In this document: one piece after another, positions 38,649-51,360 of the stretch
Layout of the letters: the number at the start of each line of letters is the position of its first letter
How positions within the stretch are numbered: the first letter of the stretch is position 1
Assembly (NCBI GenBank): GCA_951406725.2
Contig: OX597831.1
Coordinates: 31,558,001 to 31,622,000, forward strand
Origin: Octopus vulgaris
Taxonomy: Eukaryota
Reading direction: 5' to 3'
Length of the DNA stretch: 64,000 nucleotides
The notes under the pieces: model-generated
What the model saw: the letters and a program-made list of their open reading frames with translations, nothing else
Databases searched by the model: none
Told to the model about the DNA's origin: nothing
Program-made: the position numbers and the translations under genes

Positions 38649-41056
38649 TATGTATTTAGGTGGAGGTAAAGACCGCCTTGGCGGAGATTCTGAATCTGCA
38701 AAAAATGTATTCCAAAATTTTAACCCCCCCAAGGTGCCACACAGTGGGACTGAACCCAGAACCATGTGGTTGGTAAACAAGCTACTTACCACACAGCCAC
38801 TCCTGCACCTATATTTTTTATAAAAATCTTTGGTGAAAAATGTAGAAAACTATGGTGATTATGATTCTGAAAAAAAAATTGATAAAATTTCAATATTGCC
38901 AAAAAATAAACACCCTGTAGAGCGACCATGCGAAAAGGAAAGATATGAATGAATGACTCCTTTAAACACCGCACGGTTGAGGAATCACAATAAAAGCCAA
39001 AATATGGATGAATGAATAAGAGTGACAAAAGGAATAAGGAGAAGATGACACAACCGTAAATGAAAAAGAAAGGTTTTATTTAGATGTTAACATGTGGGTA
39101 GCAGAGTGTATGTATGTGTGTGCATCATAAGGGCATCCAGCCGTAGAAACATTGCCAGATCCGATTGGGCCTGGTGCAGCCTTCTGGCTTCCCAGACCCC
39201 AGTTGAACTGTCCAACCCATGCTAGCATGGAAAGCGGACGCTAGAGGATGATGATGATGATGATGATGATAATAAGAACAATAGTAAATAGACAGGCTGT
39301 CACGCATACAATAACATGTATGAGTGTGTCTGTGTGTTCGCCATAAGTACATAAGAACAGTAATAGTAGACAGGCCGTCAAGCATACATAATGTGGATGT
39401 GTGTACAAACAAGGGTGTATGCGTGTGAGATAAAATACAGAGCATAGAAAGAGTCTATAACAGGACGCTAGAAGTTCAGACACAATGAAGTGTGAGATAA
39501 AATACAGAGCATAGAAAGTGGTTACAATAGGATGCTAGATGAATGTTCAGATACAAGATGAAGACAGATACCAGTTTGTAGTAAGATACACAATAGTAGA
39601 GATTCTGTAACAAAGAAGTTGAGGTCACAAGGCAGAGGCCAGTGGAATACATGTCGTGTAGTGGTTGTGGCTTCTATGCTGTGCCAGGTTACTTGATACA
39701 GGAAATGCTCACAGGTTGAGCTAGCTGTTAACCATGGTGAAGTATTCACAAATAGTGTGAAGTTAAACCTATACGAATGGCTGTGGCATTGTTGAGATGA
39801 ATGCGACAGTGGCGGAGACGACGTTAAGATGAAGGCGACGATGGTGGAGGTCCTGAAATGCTGTTGGTGTAGGTATTGTCGCTGTCTGTCGCTGGGTGCT
39901 CTGTGGTCAGAGGTTAGTCATTAGAAGGACTAGAACCAAAGACGAGATAGGTTAATCACTGAAGCCTTTATAGCAAATAGGAGGCTTCAGAAGAGAATTT
40001 AGAAGACTGTGTCACGGGACCTTATCAGAAAGTTGCGATTGGTTGGGTTGCATATTGGCACGTAATACAGTAAGAGACAAACTGCGCCAATACCAATCAA
40101 TCAGAGTAGTGGATACAACTGGGCCCAAACAGCCGTAGGCTAGCTGTTATCTGCTACGTCTGTGTTTATGTTATATATGTCAGAGAGAGAGAAAGTATTT
40201 CACCAAGGGTCCGCTACAACCCCCTCCGATTTGCCAAGAAGTGAAATTAAAGTGTTTTCTCTACTGATGTTTCACAACGAACATAACTCAACATGTTGTG
40301 GTTGAGGGTCTTAAGGAATTAAGAGAGGCATGTAAAAATTAGATTTTTTGCTTACACACAAATGACATTAACAAATTTTTTTTTCTTTTTTGGTAATTCA
40401 TATTTAGATAGTTGATCCTTGGTTTGGCTGTTGCTTCTTGCTTGTCAGATTTCTGGTTGGGGCATTCTTAAAAATTGAAAATTTAAACCCCACTCCCCAA
40501 AACATGTTTTCATTCTTTGCCCTTCTGGGGGAGATTTCACTTTCTGTCATAGGGTGAAGTGAATGGGTGTTTTTTTTTAATTGAAATTTTGCAAGCAATT
40601 TTTTTTTTGAATCATAATCTCCGTTTTTTTCTACGTATTTCGCCAAAAATATTTCTAAAATAAGTGAAAAATGAAGAAACTGGGGTGGGGGAGGATTTAA
40701 GTTTTGAAATTGTTTCTTCTTTGGTAATTCGAATTAAAATTTTGAAAACATGTTTCTAGTATCTCTTTAGATACTTTTTGCATCTGCTATTTTATAATTC
40801 TATGCATGCGTGAACATTTTAATAGAGAAAACACTTTAATTTCACTTCTTGTCATAGGGTGGAGGGGAAGGGGGTGTTTCTTTCATATTTTTTTTTGAAA
40901 AATCGATGGGGAGCGGGGGGGGGAATTAAGATTTTGAAATGCTTTTTTTTCTGCAGATTCGGAATCTCCGCCCTTGATATAGTGTGTTCCTGTAAAAAAA
41001 ACCAAAGAATCACAAAGGGGGTGCGGTCCCTGATCTTTACCTCCGCCATGTACATA
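38649..41056. mobile_element. Long-TIR non-autonomous DNA transposon interrupted by a solo LTR and a SINE piece
   Basis: Ends TATGTATTTAGGTGGAGGTAAAGA / TCTTTACCTCCGCCATGTACATA; inner inverted blocks near 38680 vs 40945 and 40236 vs 40823. Confidence 0.65.
38916..40218 (-). mobile_element. Solo LTR (Gypsy-like)
   Basis: TGTAG...CTACA ends with short inverted termini, 4-bp TSD ACCC, minus-strand TATAAA (~39970) and AATAAA (~39075). Confidence 0.75.
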
Positions 41057-41100
41057 TTTGTACATACATATGTGTGTGTGTGATCGCGCGCGCGTGTGTA

Positions 41101-41152
<52 letters not shown>

Positions 41153-41253
41153 TACTTTTTTTTCGTGTTATGTTTGAGATATATATATATGTGTGTATAT
41201 ATATAAATATCCTAAATATAACCCGAAAAAAAATTATTTCTGAATATATGAAA

Positions 41254-41348
41254 CGGAAGTAATCGACATGTTTTCAGGTCTAAGCGGAAGTGACCTTCAT
41301 CCTCATTTTGACCTTTGATAGCAATGTTCGAAGCAGCCTGAGAGGTCA
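41254..41348 (+). promoter_or_regulatory. Probable ADPGK proximal promoter
   Basis: Two ETS-type CGGAAGT motifs (41254, 41285), TGACCT/AGGTCA half-sites and local CpG enrichment about 30-120 nt before the ATG. Confidence 0.55.
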
Positions 41349-41375
41349 TCTATCTCATCCGTCCCGTTTGTCAAG

Positions 41376-41596
41376 ATGCGCGGCAAGTTATGTCTCGTCT
41401 CCTCTCTTATTGTAATTATAGCTTGTTTGTGTACCACCTTTCTCGGTTTTCCAAGTGCCTATATTCCTACATCTTTGCTCAGTCTCTTCAATGTTGACAA
41501 AACGCAAGATACCACCAGCAACGAACAGTATATTATTACAGCGTGGGACAATTTTATTAAACCTCCCTCTCAGAAATTCAAACGCGTGTCTGTCGG
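41376..41596 (+). CDS. ADPGK: ADP-dependent glucokinase, coding exon 1 (hydrophobic signal anchor ...AWDNFIKPPSQKFKRVSVG)
   Basis: caagATG start, hydrophobic N-terminus, AW...P...RV.VG as in metazoan ADPGK; gg|gtaag donor in phase 2 fits exon 2. Confidence 0.92.
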
Positions 41597-42044
41597 GTAA
41601 GATACTCAATCATATTTATTATTATTACCATTATTATTATTATTATTATTATATTTGACACGGTTTGGTTATTAATTAAACAATTTATGTTGTTGGTTAA
41701 AGCTGTGTATATTAATGTGGAAATATTTTATTCTCAGTGACTATATTTTCGGTGTGCGAAAATATAGAAAATATAAAGCTGTTCTATTTATAACAGCAGT
41801 CTACTTCTGCTAAATAGTCATAAAAATATACATATACTTTTATTTTGAGTTCTATTTTTCCTGTTTGCATCAACATAACCTATATATGTATATGTACTTT
41901 ATTATTATTGAAGTTGCAAAAACCTCATAAAATACTGCTACTCAGGGGTTCACGTACTCGTTCGGCGGACGGTTTAGACTCTGAGAGTATATACTCACAC
42001 ACACATAACTATTTATATAAATCTGGGAAAGAGCAGTATGTATT

Positions 42045-42442
42045 CTTTTCTACTCTAGGCACAAGGCCCCAAATTTCTGAGGAGGAGGCCAGTCGATGAG
42101 ATCGACCTCAGTACTCAACTGGTACCTAATTTATCGACCCCGGAAGGATGACAGGCAAAGTCAATCCTGGCGGAATTTGAACTCAGAACGTAAAGACAGA
42201 CGAAATACCCATTTCTTTACTACCCGCAAGGGGCTAAACACAGAGGAGACAAACAAGGACAGACAGACGGATTAAGTCGATTATATCAACCCCAGTGCGT
42301 AACTGATACTTAATTTATCGACCCCGAAAGGATGAAAGGTAAAGTCGACCTCGGCGGAATTTGAACTCACAACGTAACAGCAGACAAAATACGGCTACGC
42401 ATTTCGCCCGACGTGCTAACGTTTCTGCCAGCTCGCTGCCTT
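42045..42442 (-). mobile_element. Dimeric MetaSINE-like tRNA SINE
   Basis: Two GAGTTCAAATTCC...TTTGCCT.TCATCCTT.CGGGGTCGATAAA units inside one 15-bp TSD AGAGCAGTATRTATT. Confidence 0.8.
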
Positions 42443-43422
42443 AGAGCAGTATATATTAAAAAATGGGGAAGGCCGGTTTATGAGATTGCTTTAGGTTTCC
42501 CGTTCATACGGGTATGATTTTTATGGCGTATCGTCAGACTCCAAAACCTGTTGGCCTATGACCTCTTCAAAATATTTATAAAGATCTAAACTGTTAATAT
42601 ATGAATGCGAAATAGTTCAATAACTGTAAACCTGCTTTTGGGCCACCCTATACGTATATTGTTTATATTTGGGGATCGTCAATTTTTTTTTTTTGCCAAA
42701 TAAACACACGTGCTATATATTCGTTTTTCATTTCAGATTTATTATTGTTCTTATTTTATGTCCTTTGTCTGGAAATCTTTTGTCACACCTCCTGTGACCC
42801 CTTCAACGACTCTCCATTCTTTAATATATATATATAATGCACAGTATATGGATTTATTTAATCTGGTGGTGCTCGCTCACTGATAAAGCTCCTTTAATAG
42901 ACCAGGCTACAATCCGCATAGTAAACCAAATGATAGGGGTGTAAAGGGCATCCAGCTGTAGAAACTTTGCCAGATCAGACTGGAGTCAGGTGCAGCCTTC
43001 TAGCTCACCAGCCCTCAGTCAAACCGTCCAACCCATGCCAGCATGGAAAGCAGACAGGCGTTAAATGACGATGATGATGATGATATCTACACCAGTGTGT
43101 ATGCTATAAATTGCATAGTACTATTGTAAATTTTACAAGCTAATAAAGCTATAGAAGGCTAGCTCATCAGATCCACAGAATATCATGGTTACATCGATTC
43201 TTCAACTCAAAAAGAAAGTCATCTTCACATCTTAATGTATGGAAGACAATAATTAAGATAGGGATGAAAAGAGATTTAGTAAGATATTTAAAAATGAAAT
43301 AGTGGGTAGTAGTATTGGAAAAATAGATTATATATAATATAAAAGAGTCAGATAGTTAATCATTATTATACTCAAAAATAAACTATTTTTTCATGATGTT
43401 GGCTGTGAAACAATTGTAGCTT

Positions 43423-45210
43423 TCATCATCATCATCATTGTTTAACATCCGCTTTCCCTGTTGGCATAGATTGCACAGTTTGACTGAGGACTCCAATCTG
43501 ATCTGGCAAGGTCTCTACAGCTGGATACCCTTCCTAATGCCAACCACTCTGAGAGTATAGTGGGTGTGTTTTATGTGCCATCGGCATGGGAGGCCAGTCA
43601 GGCGACACTGGCATCGACCACGGTCAAATGTGCTTTTTATGTGCACTAGCACAGACATCGGCCACGACTACAATTTCACTTGACTCAACAGGTCTTTTCA
43701 AGCACAGCATATTGCCCAACAGTTGAAGAGTACTTTTAAGCAGGCCAGTTATGTGACACTGGCATTGCCCATGGCTACGATCTCACTTGGCTTGCTGGGT
43801 CTTCACAAGCACATCATATCTCTAAAGGATAGGCGAGCTGGCAGAGACGTTAGCACGCCAGGCGAAATGCGTAGCCGTATTTCATCTGTCGTTACGTTCT
43901 GAGTTCAAATTCCGCCAAGGTCGACTTTGCCTTTCGTCCTTTCGGGGTCGATAAAGTACCAGTTTCGCACTGGGGTCGATATAATTGACTTAATCCCTTT
44001 GCCTGTCCTTGTTTGTCCCCTCTATGTTTAGCCCCTTGTGGGCAGTAAAGAAATACATATCTCTAAAGGTCTCGGTCACTTGTCATTGCCTCTGTGAGGC
44101 CCAATATTCGAAGATCGTGCTTCACCACCTCATCCCATGTCTTCCTGGGTCTACCTCTTTCACAGGTTCCCTCCACTGTTAGATACTTCTTATGTTCAAC
44201 TTTTCTCTCAGGGTGCTTACACTCTTTCATGTATGCACACTGACATTACACATCCAGCAGAGCATACTAGCTTCATTTCTTTCAAACCTATGTATCTCCT
44301 CAACTATCATGGCCCATGTTTCACTGCCATGTAGCTTGGCTGTTCACATGCATGCATCATACAGTCTACTCCCCACTCTGCGTGAGAGGCCCTTTGTTGC
44401 TAGCAGAGGTAGGAGCTCTCTGAACTTTGCCCAGGCTAGTCTAATTCTAGCAGCTATGTTCTCAGAGCATCCACTCCCTCTACTGATTTGGTCACCTAGG
44501 TAACAAGTTTTTTCCCCCTGGTATGTGATGGAATCTGTTTTCTGTACATCTTTGGTGGTTATTGCCTCTGTGTATCTGTCACACACAAAAACTGTCTTCC
44601 CAGTTAATCTTCCTTAGATGTTGCTGTACCTCTTACATGTCCATAGCTTACACTGGGTACATCTTATATAGTTTCTACCTACGCCTTTTCTACAGATCGA
44701 GCAGAGCCATCTACAAAAGGGATTTGTGACTTGTCTGCCTTCCTACTTATCAAGACTTTAGTTTTTGCTAGATTGATTCTAAGGCTCTTAGATTCTGACA
44801 CCTGAAACTTCTCTAGTTCTGGTAGTGACTCAGTTATTAGAGCAAGGTCATCAGCATAGAGGAGCTCCCAGGGTTCCAGGAGCTCCCTTGAGTTCCTCTG
44901 ATATTGCTTGGAGGACTATGATTAATAAGAGGGGGCAGAGGACTGATCCTTGGTGAACCCCTACCTGGAATCCTTCACTAAACTCATTGTCAACCCTCAC
45001 CTTACTGACAGCATCCCTGTACATAGCCTGTGCAGCTCTCACCAACCACTCATCCCTAGTTTCTGCATTGACCACCAGATAAGGGATCGGGGGACCCTGT
45101 CAAAGGCTTTCTCCATGTCGATGAAAGCTAAGTACAGAGGTTTATCCTTGGCTAGGAATTTCTCCTGCATCAGTTGTGCTTATGGATATCAGTTGGTGAA
45201 ATAATCATCT
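43423..45210 (-). mobile_element. Degenerate RTE LINE (RT region, C-terminus, 3' UTR, GAT tail)
   Basis: Peptides VGVHQGSVLCPLL and ARIRLAWAKFRELLPLL; frameshifted. Confidence 0.9.
43829..44055 (+). mobile_element. MetaSINE-like tRNA SINE monomer inserted in the RTE LINE
   Basis: A box TGGCAGAGACGTTAG, B box GAGTTCAAATTCC, 14-bp TSD CATATCTCTAAAGG. Confidence 0.9.
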
Positions 45211-45390
45211 CGTGCCTCTTTATACATCTAAGAAGAGTACAACAGTCAATAATATTGTTCCACTGCCCTCTCTGAACAGGGAAGGGAAGGTCTATCTTCT
45301 CTTTAGTGACTGTCGCGAAAGAGATGGTGTGGAGGACACACATGAAAGGTTTAGTGGCAGGTGTTTTCATTTCCAGCCTTGGTTCTTGGT

Positions 45391-45580
45391 TTACTCTTTT
45401 ACTCTTTTCAGTCATTTGACTGCGGCCATGCTGGAGCACCGCCTTTAGTCAAGCAAATCGACCCCAGGACTTATTCTTTGTAAGCCCAGTACTTATTCTA
45501 TCGGTTGCTTTTGCCGAACCGCTAAGTGACGGTGACGTAAACACACCTGCATCGGTTGTCAAGCAATGCTAGGGGGACAA

Positions 45581-45630
<50 letters not shown>

Positions 45631-45789
45631 GATGGGCTTCTTTCAGTTTCCGTCTACCAAATCCACTCACAAGGCTTTGGTTGGCCCGAGGCTATAGTAG
45701 AAGACACTTGCCCAAGATGCCACGCAGTGGGACTGAACCCGGAACCATGTGGTTGGTAAGCAAGCTACTTACCGCACAGCCACTCCTGC
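45391..45789 (-). mobile_element. tRNA-derived SINE (same family as 15327)
   Basis: Full-length copy. Confidence 0.85.
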
Positions 45790-46279
45790 TGGTGAACTTT
45801 TTTATTTTCCATCTGGAAATGCTGGAGAGGAGATGCTTGTCACTCAGTACATACAAGATGGAAGAAATGGCTCTTTGCGGTTAATAAAGAACCAATTCTA
45901 TATATACTCACACACACACGCTCATGTATATATTGGCACTACAGCTGTTTTGTGACTCCTGTCCTCTGAATTTGTCTCTTCGTAACTTTATGAAAAATGC
46001 ATCCTTTTCTTTTTTTTTCTTAATGAAGTTTACCAAAGATATGTTTTCAAGGTTATAGATTCTTTATCTTGTTTCAGTCATTAGACTGTGGCCATGCTGG
46101 GGCACTGGCTTGAAGAATTGTAGTCGAATGAATCTACCCCAGTACTTATTATTTTTTTAAGCCAAACCATTAAGTTACAGGGATTTAAACACACCAGTTG
46201 TCAAATGGTTGCGGGGGGGGGGGGTTAGCACCACACATATATGTATATATACACAGTGTCAGTATGTATATATGTGCGC

Positions 46280-46870
46280 CCACCAACTGTTTTTGGTCAA
46301 AGACCTTCACCCGTTAACATAAAAAAAAAGTAAACCAGTCTGGAGGCTACAAACAAGTGTGTGGAAAACAAATGCGTGCTGACGACCCTGGGGAGTGGGG
46401 AGGGGACTTTCAGAAAATTCACAAGAACTGGTTTTTCCGTCATAACTTTGGGTAAAATGGATATATATATATTGATTTTTTTTTATCTCTTTTTTTTTTT
46501 TTACGGAATCCCACATTTTTGGTTATGGAGGATCCGATTCTGAAAAAAAGAAATTTTCAAAAATTTCATTATGTTATTGCAGTTTTGCGAGATTTGGCAT
46601 GTGGATAGCCTACTTGAAGACCTGAGGGTATATATTCTTTTTTTGTTTTTGCTTGCTGAAAAATTGAAATTTTACAAAAATTTTTTCAGAATCATAATCT
46701 TTGTATATCCATTTTACTGAATTTTCTGAAAGTCCCCTCCAAACCCTCAGGGTCGTCAGTGCACATTTTTTTTTTTTTTCATATTTGTTTTCCACACACT
46801 TGGTGAAGGTCTTTAGATTGACCCTGTTTTTCTTTTGCAAGTGTTTACGAACTTTTGGGACAACCTAATA
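46280..46870. mobile_element. Mariner-type MITE with long internal inverted arms
   Basis: Inverted blocks near 46353-46420 and 46717-46802; end TTTTGGGACAACCTAATA. Confidence 0.55.
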
Positions 46871-47011
46871 TTTATTTATTTAGTGAGGCACATCAACAAC
46901 CATTTACTGCATTTTTGACTTTGAGAAAATAATTTTTACAAATGTTCACAAAGATATTTTCTTTAAATAACTTGTATTTCCCACCCTGTGTGTGTGTACA
47001 GAGATGGGTAC

Positions 47012-47535
47012 CATTAATCAAAAAGTTAACTTTGTTAATCCGTTAATCAAAAAGTTAACTTTGTTAATCCGTTAATCAAAAAGTTAACTTTGTTAATCCG
47101 TTAATCAAAAAGTTAACTTTGTTAATTCGTTAACCAAAAAAGTTAACTTCGTTAATCCGTTAACCAAAATAGTTAACTTCGTTAATCCGTTAACCAAAAA
47201 GTCAACTTCTTTAATCCTTTAACCAAAAAGTCAACTTCTTTAATCCTTTAACCAAAAAGTCAACTTCTTTAATCCTTTAACCAAAAAGTCGACTTTGTTA
47301 ATCCGTTAACCAAAAAGTCGACTTCGTTAATCCGTTAACCAAAAAGTCGACTTTGTTAATCCGTTAACCAAAATGTCAACTTTGTCAATCTGTTAACCAA
47401 AAAGTCAACTTTGTCAATCCGTTAATCCAAAAGTCAACTTTGTCAATCCGTTAATCCAAAAGTCAACTTCGTCAATCCATTAATCAAAAAGTCAACTTCG
47501 TCAATCCGTTAATCAAAAAGTCAACTTCGTTAATT
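47012..47535. repeat. 29-bp minisatellite, about 18 units
   Basis: Unit CGTTAATCAAAAAGTTAACTTTGTTAATC and variants. Confidence 0.95.
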
Positions 47536-47840
47536 CTTTGAAAATGTAACGGAAGTTAATATTAAGCTGTTAACTTTTATTGAAAAAAAGGTATACTACC
47601 ATTTAAGGTACTTTTTGGTTGTCTTGCCCCCATTAAAAAATTGGGTTGTCTCCCCCTCCCCCCTTTTATGAGAAATATCGGTACTTTTGGTTATCTCCTT
47701 CAACCAAAAAGAAAATTGTTTTACCCTCAGTAAGACAAAAAAAACATTAATTCATAAACATAAAAAGTGATGAGATGAAACATTGTTTTGAATCTGATAT
47801 TTTTATAACATCATTCAAAACTGGAAAAAAATTAAACATA

Positions 47841-48253
47841 GGCATAGGAGTGGCTGTGTGGTAAGTAGCTTGCTTACCAACCACATGGTTCCGGGTTCAG
47901 TCCCACTGCGTGGCACCTTGGGCAAGTGTCTTCTACTATATAGCCTTGGGCCGACCAAAGCCTTGTGAGTGGATTTGGTAGACGGAAACTGAAAGAAGCC
48001 CGTTGTATATATGTATATATATATATGCGTGTGTGTGTTTGTGTGTCTGTGTTTGTCCCCCTAGCATTGCTTGACAACTGAAGCTGGTGTGTTTATATCC
48101 CCTTTACTTAGCGTTTCGGCAAAAGAGACCGATAGAATAAGTACTGGGCTTACAAAAGAATAAGTCCTGGGGTCGATTTGCTCGACTAAAGGCGGTGCTC
48201 CAACATGGCCACAGTCAAATGACTGAAACAAATAAGAGTAAAAGAGTAAAGAG
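47841..48253 (+). mobile_element. tRNA-derived SINE (same family as 15327)
   Basis: Full-length copy. Confidence 0.85.
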
Positions 48254-49937
48254 TATCTTACTGAATCTGATAATAATTTTTTTAACAAATCCTACCATTC
48301 CTATTGAGGAGGCCAAACATCAACAATGTGTTGAAGTATTGAATAAAAAGGATCTAACTCTTTTAATCCAAACTCTTGTCGCCACATGAACTCGATTTTT
48401 TTTTTTTTTTTTGGAGAGATAACCCAGTTTTTTTTAGTGGGGGTGAGATAACCAAAAAGTACCCAGTTTAATACCCCACTGACTTTGTTGCCTCATAACT
48501 TCTAGAAAAATGGATACTTTTTAGTGAAACTTTCACCAAATAATCGCTTATATCCTGCAGATTGAGTGTATGTGGAGGTTTGTTGGAAAATTCACAGGAC
48601 CCGACATTTTCCCCCCTTGTAACTTTCTGGAAAATAGGTATTTTTTAATGAAATTTTGTACAAATACCTTTCAAACAGTGTAGATTGTGATTACAAAGAA
48701 ATTTGTCAGTAAAATTTTTGGAAGGGGACAGGGGGATGAGTTTTGGATCAGACCGCCCACATAAGTTGGAATTTCTCTGTTTTGAAGGGGATTTTTTTCC
48801 AATGTTTTTCACCCAAGTCTTCAGAATAATGAGACAAATATTTTCACGGATAAATAAAACTTTTGAAAATTTTTCTTCATTCTTGCCACCCCTTCATCAT
48901 CCCAGTCCGAAACGATTTTGGCCATGTTTCTTTTTTTTCCCTGCGCAACTAAAACCTGTGAGAGAAGCATTTTCAGTTTTTAAAAAATTAATTTCAGGGG
49001 AAAATGTGCCATTTAAGGGAGATCTGGCTGTTGTTTCTAGCACATCCCAAAACTTTCCTCGTTTCTTTCTCACGCACACAGCTATTGATATTTTTCTCCC
49101 CATAAACAAATTTTATGGAAGGATGATGTCAAAGTAACACGTGTAATCTTGACTGAGCAAGACTGTTGTGTGTGTGTGTGTGTGTGTGTATGTATGATAA
49201 AAAAGACGTGAAATGACATGTACAATATCAAATATGCTAGGACAATCTGAAAACAATAGAAACCGGGTTTTATGAAATTTTGGGTTTAACAGACTTGTTT
49301 AGTGGAACACATTGAGGATTGCATTTTTGACTTGGAGAAAAAAAAGAGTTTTTTACATTTATTCACAATGATAATATTGTCTTCAGCTGAACTGCTTATG
49401 TTTATATATGTATATATATTAGTGAATGTATATATGTCTATTTGTCTGTGTGTGTGTGTGTATAGATATATATATATACACACACACATACTCAGAAGCA
49501 CATACAAGCGTGGAATAAACTGCCTGCATCAGTTGTTGACTGCCATGACACTGCATCCTTTAAGGCCCTCATGCTTCCCGAAATCCGTCGAAACTACACC
49601 TGATTATATATACACTTTAGATGAGTTGTAGTGCACCTGAGCACTGTACACAATTATTATTATTATTATTTATTATATACAAAAAATACATAAACATGAG
49701 TGATTCAACTGAAAAAAAAGTTAAAGAAATGAAAAAAAAAATTTAGGGAACAAATACTTTCATTTCTAATACTTTCTGCGAAAGATTGCCAAAAGGGCAC
49801 TTGAGAACATTATCTCTGTTCTCTTTGAGCATATAAAAGACAAATTTAGCTGGAGCAAAATGAGTAAAACAAAATAAGATGAGGTAAATTTGCCTCTTCT
49901 CTAGAATTACATTCGAAAAAAGACTCATACATATTAA

Positions 49938-50157
49938 CCCTTTAGTGTTTAAACCGGCTGTATCCGGCCCAAATATTCTACACATTTTATGCTCAAACTG
50001 GCCAGAACCAGCATCTCACACCTACCCTGCAATGTCATTCTAAAGATAAGCAATTACATCTTTCAAATCTTGAAGGTACAAAATAAAATCAGATAAATTT
50101 TTTTAAATGTGAATAAATAAGGATTACTTTTCACAAATTAATCTGAACGCTAAAGGG
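49938..50157. mobile_element. piggyBac-type MITE (same family as 37557)
   Basis: TTAA TSD, TIRs CCCTTTAG / CTAAAGGG. Confidence 0.85.
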
Positions 50158-50232
50158 TTAATATTCGTCCTTAGACATCAGAAAGATCAGAAATGCACCA
50201 AAAAATTAAAATGTCTGGGTCAAATGAAAGAA

Positions 50233-50617
50233 GGCGCAGGAGTGGCTGTGTGGTAAGTAGCTTGCTAACCAACCACATGGCTCCGGGTTCAGTCCCACTG
50301 CGTGGCATCTTGGGCAAGTGTCTTCTGCTATAGCCTTGGGCCGATCAAAGCCTTGTGAGTGGATTTGGTAGACGGAAACTGAAAGAAGCCTGTCGTACAT
50401 ATGTATATATATATGTATGTATATGTTTGTCCCTCTAGCATTGCTTGACAACCGATGCTGGTGTGTTTACGTCACCTAGCGGTTCAGCAGAAGAGACTGA
50501 TAGAATAAGTACTGGGCTTACAAAGAATAAGTCCCGGTGTCGATTTGCTCGACTAAAGGCAATGCTCCAGCATGGCCACAGTCAAAAGACTGAAACAAGT
50601 AAAAGAGTAAAAAGAGT
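50233..50617 (+). mobile_element. tRNA-derived SINE (same family as 15327)
   Basis: Full-length copy. Confidence 0.85.
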
Positions 50618-50899
50618 GAGATCATGGGAAAATGGCATGTGATATGTATAGCCTTAGTTCTGTCGGTGAGATGTAGCCACTCTGTGCTAAGCTCTTGGGA
50701 AACCATTTGGTGTTGACAGCTTTGACAATTGTTTAACAACATCTGTCTCTTACACATATGATTTCATTTTGCACATACGTGGCTTTTGCTCTGCTAGTCA
50801 GGACTGACTTGTATACAAACAGGTTCCAACCGCCTGCATTTCTGTAAAAATTAATATTGATGGAACCCTGCTCTGTGATTTAGATCTGGAAATACAGCA

Positions 50900-51360
50900 G
50901 AGAAATGGTGCACACCAGTCCATCTCTGAAAAAAATTTCTATCAAGGAATAATATCACAGATAGCATTGTGGGGTGCACACTCAGCAATCGCCCTATTGA
51001 TGACATCAAAATGTGCTCAAGGGCCTATATGGTATACAAAATAGTCTGCAGCAAATGTGCAGCATCCTACTTAGGGAACGCCATCAGGAAATTGCACATC
51101 TGCAACCCAGGATTTTAAAGTATTCCTCTAGCCTGCCCAACACAACAAAGAAACATGGAGGTCCTCCTTATAATCAAATTGAAATCAATCATTAACAGGT
51201 AGGAACTACATGAAGCAGACTTGTTTATAGCAACACCAATCTGCGCATGTCACTTTCCTTCCCTTTCTCCCCCACACATCTGAGCAATGACTTTTTCCAA
51301 CAACCGCTTTTTTGAAACGTTCTGAATAAGGGGTCATAGCCCTGAACTACAGAAATACAA
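50900..51360 (+). mobile_element. Penelope-like retroelement relic (GIY-YIG endonuclease fragment)
   Basis: 51029-51105 translates MVYKIVCSKCAASYLGNAIRKLHIC, fitting VY.I.C..C...Y.G...R.L. Confidence 0.6.

Noticed and set aside
47012-47535. CRISPR-like look of the 29-bp palindromic repeat
   Set aside because: Units are contiguous with no spacers, there are no cas genes and the context is a eukaryotic intron.
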